Shown piece by piece: positions 1-7,992 of a DNA stretch of 20,000 nucleotides. How positions within the stretch are numbered: the stretch's first letter is position 1; each line of letters starts with the position of its first letter. The stretch is taken from assembly GCA_014905635.1 (NCBI GenBank), contig JABVCE010000045.1, positions 111,037-131,036 on the forward strand, in the 5' to 3' direction. Origin of the DNA: Scenedesmus sp. PABB004 (Eukaryota). The position numbers were made by a program, and so were the translations under genes. The notes under the pieces were generated by a model. It saw only the letters and a program-made list of their open reading frames with translations, made no database searches and had not been told where the DNA came from.

Positions 1-331
1 ACGAGCTCAGGGGCTGGCGGCGGCTGATGCACCGGCAGCGCAGACCAGGCCCGGTGAGCAGCAGGACCGCGGGCTCAGCTCACAGCAGCAGCACAGAGTC
101 TGGGTGCTCACCTCCCCAGAGAGGTCGGGCGCCGCATAACGCCTGGTCGCAGGGCCGGCCGGTCTCTCTGGCCACGCCAAGACAAAGCGCCGCGGCGCTC
201 CCTCCCCCCTTTATACCCCCTCCCCACACCCCTCCCACCTGCTTGCACCGCCTCAATTCCGCCAGCCGTCATTTGCCTCGCCGCACGTCAAAGCCTTGCA
301 CGCCTGTTGTTGCGCACGCGTGTGCCCCGGC

Positions 332-355
332 TGTGTGTGTGTGTGTGTGTGTGTG
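332..355. repeat. (TG)12 microsatellite
   Basis: Perfect dinucleotide run read directly from the sequence. Confidence 0.95.
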
Positions 356-1178
356 CACCTGGAGCGCTGCCAGCAGGAGGGCTGCTGCACGCTTCCCAAA
401 CAACGCACGCCTGCACGTGCACGGCTGCCGCGCGACGGCCGTGAGTGCTGTTGCTTCCTGACGGGAGCCACCCACCCCAGCTGCATTGCTTTGAAAGTTG
501 CTTTTGAAAGAAAAGTCCGCATTGCACAGGCGCTGTGCTATATGACGAGCCGCTGGAAAGATGGCCGGCCGGCCAATAACAAGCCCCGCACGCCTTGCGG
601 GGCCACGGGGCGGCAGCACGGGCGCTGGCACCGCCTCGCCACGCGTCAGAGCGCCACTGTCGGCGCATACTCCCTGCGCGCCCGCTTGGGCGCGCCCCGC
701 TCTTGTCTCGCCTCGGTCGTTGTGCGCATGAGCCCGCGGCGCTGCGCGCGCAGCGCGCAGCGCTGCGCGTGCAGTGCTGCGCGCAGCCTCTCTTGGGAAG
801 CACTTGCTCGCTTTTCGACAGTGTGGGATGTGCGTGGGAGTTGTTATACATATTTTTAATGTCGAAGCACGAGCCCGGCATCGTCCCAGGGCGTGTCACG
901 GCGCGCGGGGGCGCGGCGCGGGAGGGCGTGTCACCAGCCTGGCAGCAGCAGGCCGTTCTGAATGAAGGTGCGGCCTTGCCACACCACGGGGGCGCCCCGC
1001 GGCGGGGCGGGGCGTCCGAGGCTGCCCAGGGCGCCTCGCCGCATGGCGCGGCCCTCAACCCTCTGCATGCGCGCATCGGCCCGCGCGAGCGGCAGGCACG
1101 CACCCTCCAGCAGCGCGGGCACCAGCCCGCGCGAGCTGCGGGCTGCTGCGTGCGGCCACTGACGATGCACTGGCCGCA

Positions 1179-1592
1179 CAAGGTCAAGGTCAAGGTCATT
1201 TACCCCGTATGCTCGCGCACATCGGGCCCGCGCCCCTTAAGGACGGTAGCTGGTCCTCTTGACCCGTGCAACCACGCCGCGCAGGCCCTACCGGGCCACA
1301 GGGGCAGCGGGGGAAAACCAGCGCAAACCCCGCCTCATCTCACGCAAACGACGTGGGGCAGGCCGCCACCAGCAGGGGCACCACACACCAACCGCGGCAA
1401 GCCCGCCCAGGCGCACACGCAGCACACGCCGCGCCGCGCCGCGCCCCGCCGGCCGTCACTCGCAGAGTCGCGCCCCCTGCGACGTGGTGCACCGAATGTT
1501 AGGAGCTTGGGAGAGGACCAGCTACCGTCCTTAAGGGGCGCGGGCCCGATGTGCGCGAGCATACGGGGTAAATGACCTTGACCTTGACCTTG
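1179..1592. mobile_element. Foldback/MITE-like element, or head-to-head pair of short retroposon-like units, bounded by perfect 81-bp inverted repeats
   Basis: 1179-1259 (CAAGGTCAAGGTCAAGGTCATTTACCCC...GCTGGTCCTCT) is the exact reverse complement of 1512-1592. The spacer is 252 bp with no credible coding signal. No target-site duplication is visible (left flank TGGCCGCA, right flank GGGAAGGA). The mobile-element identity is inferred. Confidence 0.7.
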
Positions 1593-2343
1593 GGGAAGGA
1601 TGACCGGTAGACGCGAGTAGGCCGTGCAGGGCGGCTAGTGGAGACTCTGTGGACTCAACACTGCGGGGCCGGCGTGCGCCGGCTGGGCGTCGCGCGCGGG
1701 GCCGTGGCCCGCGGCGACCGCCGCCCCGCGCCGGCCAACGCCCACCAGCTTCAACCCCCTCCAGGACCCGCGGGCGGCTCAGCCAAAAGGCCAGCCGCAC
1801 GCACCGCCCACCACCAAGAAGCCTGCCGCAAGCCCGCCCACGCTCCCCCCACCGCCGCCCACACCCACGCGCGCGCCGCGCCCCGAGCCAGCCGCGCACA
1901 ACCCCATCGCCCGCGTTGCTGCCGTGTGGCAGCACGCGACCCCCGGGCTCTCTTAGCGTCTCCCCGCAGCTCTCCCTCACTCACAACCCTCACAACCCAA
2001 CCCACCTCTCACGTCGGGAGAGTTCCACTCTGAGCCTCTGGGCTTGATGTTGCCGCGCGCTGAGCTCGACTGAACACGACCGGGGCAGCAGCAGGACTGG
2101 GTGAAGTGCGCGCGCACGCGGTGGCAGCGGCGGCGGCGCCTGTTTAACCAACCAAGGGACGTCGTTCGGTTACCGCGCAGTCGATCTCGCAGCCGTCGGT
2201 CGGTCGGTCGCTCAGGTGGGGTTGGGGTTTAACGGCCACGTCGCGGCGCGTGGCCCAGATATGACAGCAACAATCAATCAGTCACACAGCGGCGCGGCAG
2301 TGCGGGCAGACAGCGCAGGCCCCCCATTCATTCATTGTCAGTT

Positions 2344-2410
2344 AAGACAAAGACAAAGATAGTTACACCACAGGCTCGCGCCCATTGGTCCCGCGCCCCT
2401 TAAGGACGGT
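2344..2410 (-). mobile_element. Diverged solo copy of the same hairpin-plus-hexamer-tail repeat
   Basis: 2363-2410 matches 1200-1247 at 41 of 48 positions without gaps (shared ACCGTCCTTAAGGGGCGCGGG on the minus strand). It ends in a (TCTTTG)n tail rather than (ACCTTG)n. Confidence 0.7.
2363..2367 (-). promoter_or_regulatory. Putative TGTAA polyadenylation signal of the Cys-rich gene
   Basis: TGTAA is the established chlorophyte poly(A) signal. This is the first minus-strand instance, about 130 nt downstream of the TGA at 2496-2498. Confidence 0.5.
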
Positions 2411-2495
2411 GTCCCGCATCTTCCAGATGTCCATCACATAATTCAGTTGCGCCGCGGCTGTACATGCAGCAACAACATGCAGCCAGCCGGCGCGA

Positions 2496-2911
2496 TCACG
2501 GAGCCGCCGCCGCCATGCGCCGGCCCCACACCCTGCCCGGCGAGCCGATGCCGCCCCAGCCGCCAATGCCGCCCCAGCCGTCGCCGCCCCAGCCGCCGCT
2601 GCTGCCGCCGCAGCCCCACTGCCCCGGCGTGCAGCACTGGTTGCCAGGGCCGCACGTCTGGCCGGCGCTGCAGCACGTGCTCCCGCAGCACTGCGAGCCG
2701 GCCTGGCAGAAGCTGCCGCCGCACTGGAAGGAGCCCGCGGGCGCGCACACGTTGTTGACGCAGTTGCCGGTGTTGCAGCACGACCCGCCGCACGTCGACG
2801 ACCCCGACGGGCAGCACTGGTTGCCGCTGCACACGCCGGTGCAGCAGGTGCCGCCGCAGAGCGTCTGGCCCGACTGGCAGCACGTGCTGCCAGCGCAAAA
2901 CGCGCCTGCGC

Positions 2912-2972
<61 letters not shown>

Positions 2973-5078
2973 GGCGGTGGGCGGGCGGCGGCGGCGCCGG
3001 CACGCGCGCCGCGGGGCGCCGCCGGCACGCGCGCGGCGGGGCGGGCGCACCTGGCGGGCATATCGACGACCCGCACGCCGAGCTGCCTGCCACGGCGCAC
3101 TGGTTGTTGATGCACACGTTGCCGCCGGCGCAGCACTGGCTGCCGCACTGCTGCCCGCTCGGGCAGCACTGGCCGTTGAGACAGGTGGAGCCCGCGGCGC
3201 AGCACCGGCTGCCGCACACCAGGCTCGGGTCGCAGCACACGCCCGCGATGCACGTCCCGCTGCAGCACTGCCCCGAGCACAGGTTTTGGCCGGCGCTGCA
3301 GCACACCGAGTTGCTCAGGCACTGCTGCCCCGCGAGGCAGCACGTCGTGCTGCCGCACACGTTGGCGGGGCTGCAGCAGGTGCTGCTGAGGGAAAGGCAC
3401 TGCTGCCCCGCCTGGCAGCAGTTGGGGCCGCACACGTTGACGGGCGTGCAGCAGCCGCCGCCGGGCAGCACGCCGCCGACCTCGCAGCACTGCCCGGTAA
3501 TGGGGTCGCACTGCTGGCCGCTGCCACAGCACGTCAGCGCGCCCACAAAGCCGCACACGTTCGCGTTGGGGCAGCACTGCCCGTTGGCGCACGTCGTGCC
3601 CGACGGGCTGCGAACCGAGGCGGGGCGAGGGGGGCGGGCTCAGGCGGGCGGGCGGGCGGGGGCCCACAACCGCCGCCGCATGCCAGCCTGCCTGCCTGCC
3701 CGCCACGCGCGCCGGCGAGCAGCGCGGCTGCCGAGCGCGCCACTCACCAGCACACGTTGTTGCACACCTGGTTGGCCGCGCAGCAGGCGCTGCCGCCCAG
3801 GCAGACCTGCCCGGTCGGGCAGCACTTGACGCCGCACTGCTGCACCAGGCTGCAGCAGGTCAGGCCGCGGAAGCAGGTCTGCGTGGAGCTGCAGCACTCG
3901 CCTGGCAGGGCCGCGGCGCGGCGGGCGGGCAGTGCCGGGCGGGCGGGCGGGCGGCGGCGCGTGAGCGGGGGACAGCACGCGTGCCGCACGCGCCGGCGGC
4001 GAGAGCGCGCCGGCGCCGGGCTGCCGGCCAGCGCGCGCACCGTTGCAGGCGCTGCCGGGCGCGCAGCACACGCCGCCGACGAGCACCGTGTCGCCCGCGC
4101 ACTCGGGCGTGGCCGCCTGCAGCTTCTGCTGCGTCTGCAGCTGCTGGGGCGCGAAGATCTGCTGCGCCGTCGCGCCGAGCGACACGCACTGCGTGCCGCC
4201 GATGCACACCTGCGGCGCCTGGCAGCACGTCTGCTGCCCCGGCAGGCCACAGAGCAGGCCCGTCGCGCTGCGTGCGCGCGCGCGCGGCAGGGGCCGGCGG
4301 CGCGGGCAGGCGGGTCAGGCGGCCGCCCCTGCTGTGCTGCGGCGCAGCGCGCGCGCCCCTGGCCCCGCCCAGGGCCCCGGCCCGCACCAGCAGGTGCTGC
4401 CGAGGGAGACCTGACCGTCAGGGCAGCAGCCGCCCGTTGAGACCACCGCCCCGATGTTGCTGCGTCGCCGCGCGCGCGCGCGGCAGGGCCGGCGGGCGTG
4501 AGCGCCGGCGGCGGGCGCGCGGCGCGGCGCGGCGCGGCGCGGCGCCGCCGCGGCGCGGCGCCGCGCCGCCGTGGCCGGGTGCAGCCGCCGGGCCGCCGCG
4601 CGGCGCCACTGCGCACCAGCAGATGCCGGTGACCACGTCGCACTGCTGGGTCGCGGGGTCGCAGTTGCTGAACACGCCGCAGTTCATCTGCCCCCGCACG
4701 CCTGCGCGCGCGGCGGCGGCAGCAGCGAGCGTGTGGGCGAGCGCCGCGCCGCGCCGCGCCGCGCCGCGCCGCGCCGCGGCCACCAGCACAGCCGAGCGCC
4801 TGGCCCGCGCTCCCCCGCACCCGGCAGCGCCGCCGCGCCGAGGAGCAGGAGCAGGCACGCCGGGAGCAGCGAGCAGCCGCGCCGCGCGCCTGCGACCGCA
4901 GCCCCTGGCGGCGCCGGCGCGCGCCGGCGCCGCGCCCTGCGCCAGGCGGGCCGGTCCGGTGGGCGGTTGGGTGCGGGGGCGGGCGCTCCGGGCCGGACAG
5001 GCCCGCCAGCTGGGCTGCTGCTGGCAGCAGCCAGCCGGCCTCCTGCGCGGCCGCCGCCCCGCACCTGGCCGGGGGCAT
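2496..5078 (-). CDS. Secreted cysteine-rich repeat protein, about 544 aa, 8 exons
   Basis: Exons 5078-5065, 4936-4821, 4701-4617, 4459-4388, 4267-4041, 3901-3748, 3607-3051, 2905-2496. All 7 introns are GT-AG with compatible phases; the total is 1635 nt ending in TGA. A signal-peptide-like segment (LLPACLLLLLGAAALPGVRG-Q) is followed by many CC-x5-C-x3/4 units (e.g. CCPSGQQCGSQCCAGGNVC) and a Gly/Trp tail (GGWGGDGWGGIGGWGG). Exon 1 is the least certain. Confidence 0.85.
2914..2970. repeat. (GGC)19 trinucleotide tract in intron 7 of the Cys-rich gene
   Basis: Direct reading. It lies between the donor at 3050 and the acceptor at 2906-2907, so it is not coding poly-Pro or poly-Ala. Confidence 0.9.
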
Positions 5079-5553
5079 GGCCTCCGGCTCCAACCGAGCG
5101 TGATGGAAGGCGAACGCGCGCTCTGCCGGCCGCGCTGCGCGAGTGACTTCGCCCCGCCCTCCGGAAGGCCGCGCGCCCACCGAGACGGCGAAGCGCTGCG
5201 CCAGAAGCGCCTCCTCCGAACGCCGATCGGGAACGACTGCGCGCCCGCTGGCGGGGGCTCGCGGCTGAGGGCTGGCGGGCGACGCGCGCTGGAGCTTTTT
5301 CTGCGGCCGTCGTCGCACGTCGATCGTTGTTGCAGCTGAGCGCAGCCAGAGTGCGAACCGCTTTGCGCAGCCGCGGGGCGAGCAGCTCGGCGGGCGCGTC
5401 TGCTCGGTGCTCGCTGCAGCCCAGCTCGCCACAAGCGTCGCGTCTCTCACCGCTGCAGTCGTGGCGGTCACACGCGCGCCTCCAGGTCGCGGCGCCACCC
5501 AGCCACTCCGCGGCCTCCACAGTCGCCACCTGCTTCCGCGCCCCCGGGGCGCC
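5079..5553. promoter_or_regulatory. Short divergent intergenic region (both 5' UTRs and a probable bidirectional promoter)
   Basis: Only 475 bp separate the minus-strand ATG (5078) from the plus-strand ATG (5554). Confidence 0.45.
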
Positions 5554-6214
5554 ATGAGTCTCGCCAGCCCCGTGGCGCGCGCTGCGGGCGCTGCGGGCGC
5601 GCCGCCGCGCCGGGCCGCCGCTGCGCCGCGGGCGCCGCGGCAGCAGCCGCCGCTGTCGGCGCGCGGTGCCGCGCAGCGCTGCCGGGCCCGGGGCGGCGAC
5701 CAGAAGAACGACGGCCTCTACTTTCAGTACGTGGAGGCGGAGGAGGACGCGGAGCCGAGCGCCGGTGCGCCGCCGGCTGGCGCCGACGCGGGCGCGCATC
5801 GGCAGCGCGTGCACGCGACCGCACGCCGCCGCCGCCGCATGCCCGCCTCACGCCGCCGCCGCCCGGCCCGCGCGCGCACCGCGCAGCTGACCGCGCGCAG
5901 CAGGCGGCGCGCGACCGCGAGGAGTTTGGCTGGGTCAGCAGCGCGCGCAGCGACGTGCAGCGCTTCCGCAAGCAGGCGGCGCGGCCGCGCAAGGCGAAGC
6001 AGCCGCAGCCCGGCGTGCGGCGGCCGCAGCAGGCGCCACAGGCCCCGCCAGCCGCCGCCGCCGCTGGCGGGGCGGCGGCAGCGCCGGCAACGCAGCAAGA
6101 GGGGCCCGCAGCGCCCGCGGCGCAGCCGACCGCCCCGGGTGCTGGCGGCGCCGGCGGCAGCGACGGCAGCGGCAGGAGCGAGAGCAGCGGCACCAGCAGC
6201 AGCAGCACCAGCAC

Positions 6215-6246
<32 letters not shown>

Positions 6247-7460
6247 CCAGCAGCAGCGGCCAGGCCGATGACGCGGTGACGCGGCGCAAGCAGCAGCTGC
6301 TGCTGCGCATGCAGGGCGCCGCCGCCGCCGCGCCGCCGCCGCCGCTGTCCCCACCCCCGGCGGCAGGGGCGGCTGCCGACGCGGCGCTCGCGCTGGACGG
6401 CGCGCCGCTGATCGACGGCGAGGGCGAGGCGCTGCTGGCGGAGCTGCTGGAGCTGGCGGCCGAGCTCGGCGACGGCGCGGGCGCCGTGGTCGATCCCGAC
6501 CCCCTGGCCGACCCGCTCGCCGGCGTGCTGGCGGACGGCGCGGAGCTGCTGGGTCTGGCGCCGGGCGGCGGCGCGGCGGGCGCCGAGGACGCGGGCGACG
6601 CCGAGGCGGAGGGGCTGTTTGCGGCGGTGGCGCGCATGCAGGCCGCGACCCGCGCGGCGGCCGCCGCGCTCGCCGCCGACGCGGCGGCCGCGCCCGAGGC
6701 GCGCGTCGTGACCGTGGCGGAGCTGCTGGCGTGGGAGGCGGCGGAGGCCGCGGGCGGCCCCGACGTGGACGTCGACGCGGAGCTGGCGGCCGCGCGAGCG
6801 GGGCGCCTCACGGCCGGCGGCGCGGCCGCAGCAGAGGGCGAGGCCGCCGCCGACGACGCCTGGGAGTATGAGCGCGAGGAGGGCGACGAGGCGCTGGGCT
6901 TGTTCGACGACGACGACGACGGGGAGCTCGGCGGCGAGGGCGAGGCCGGGCTGGAGTGGCTCGCGGCCGACGCCGCGCTGCGGCAGCGCCTGGCGGCCGA
7001 CGACGCGCGCTTTGCCGCCGCGCTCGCGGAGCAGGACGAGCTGCTCAGCGGCGGGGGCGGCGGCGCCGGCGCCGGCGCCGGCGCCGGCGCCGCGCCCGAG
7101 CCCGAGGCGTGGGCCGGCCTGGGGCTGCAGGACTGGCTCGAGGCGGCGGCGGGCGGCGGCGACGAGGCCGAGGAGGGCAGCGGCGGCGGCGGCGGCGGCG
7201 GCCTCGCTGAGCTGCTGGCCGCGATTGACGACGACCCGGCGCTGGACGCGGCGGCCAAGGCGCAGGCGCGGCTGCGCATCCAGGGCGCGTTCAACGACCC
7301 CGCCGCGCCCGACGGCCGGCGCAGGGGCGCGCCAGCGCGCGGGCGGCGCGGCGCCGAGCCCCCCGCCGACGGCGCGCGCGGGCCGACGACCACCGGCAGC
7401 GGCGGCGGCGGGCCGGCGCCGGCGCTGCTGCCGCGGCCGGCGCGGCCGCCCGGCGCGTAG
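5554..7460 (+). CDS. Hypothetical acidic Ala/Gly/Glu/Asp-rich protein with a putative chloroplast transit peptide, about 594 aa, 2 exons
   Basis: GCCATG start. Exons 5554-5764 and 5887-7460 are joined by a phase-1 GTGCGC...GCGCAG intron (5765-5886); the total is 1785 nt ending in TAG. The N-terminus is Ala/Arg/Pro-rich without acidic residues up to RCRA (transit-like). Strong GC3 codon bias. No family recognised. Confidence 0.7.
6183..6257 (+). repeat. Imperfect (AGC)n tract encoding poly-Ser/Thr
   Basis: AGC/ACC run inside exon 2 of the 5554-7460 gene. Confidence 0.85.
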
Positions 7461-7515
7461 GTCGGAGGGTGGGTGGGTGGCGGGCAACGCTGCAGCGTCG
7501 CGTCGCACGGGCTGC

Positions 7516-7520
7516 TTACA
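7516..7520 (-). promoter_or_regulatory. Putative TGTAA poly(A) signal of the Caprin-like gene
   Basis: TTACA on the plus strand, about 475 nt downstream of the presumed stop at 7993-7995. Confidence 0.45.
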
Positions 7521-7992
7521 GTATGCTGCTGCTCTTGACAGGCGCAATCCGCTGCAAGCTGCACGCAAAACTTGGGGGCCCCGCCAGGGCGGCGGCGCGG
7601 GCGCGCAACAGCGGCGGGCGCCGCACGGGCAACACCTCAGCACCGGCTCCAGCTGGCCGCGCACAGCTCGGCGCAGCGCGTCCTGCTCGCCGCCACGCAC
7701 GCAGCGCCGCTGGCCCGCGCCCACGCGACCGGACGTCGCCGCCAACGTGCCCCCGCGCCCTCTTCCCTCTCCCTCGAAACACACCACACGCTGCTCGACA
7801 GCACCCCCCCTCGCGCGCAGAGGACGGGTCCACCGCGGCCGCCCCCAGCAGGCGAGGGCGCTGCCGCGCGGCTGCTCCCGGCCCGCCCGCCCCGACAAGG
7901 GCCATGCGCGGGCGCCGCGCGGCGGCGCGCGCAACCCCCGCAGCACCCCCTCCGATGCGACCCCGCCCCGCGCGCCGCAGCTGGCCGCGGCA

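Noticed and set aside
1..1178. Protein-coding gene in the ORFs at the window start
   Set aside because: No recognisable domain or consistent codon bias, and no coherent exon chain. It contains a (TG)n run and AT-rich patches typical of UTR or intergenic DNA.
1512..1592. Group II intron domain V/VI, hammerhead, twister or SECIS identity for the hairpin repeat
   Set aside because: By eye there is no catalytic triad with a 3'-side bulge, no CTGANGA...GAAA core, no twister consensus and no SECIS quartet. An Rfam scan would be the formal test.
1524..2410. Alternative element using copies 2 and 3 as its terminal inverted repeats
   Set aside because: These arms are only 41/48 identical with different tails and no target-site duplication, whereas copies 1 and 2 are identical over 81 bp.
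2363..4440. Long plus-strand QH/QQ-rich ORFs and poly-Ala/Pro/Arg/Gly ORFs
   Set aside because: These are antisense or alternative frames of the Cys-rich gene and of an intronic (GGC)n tract.
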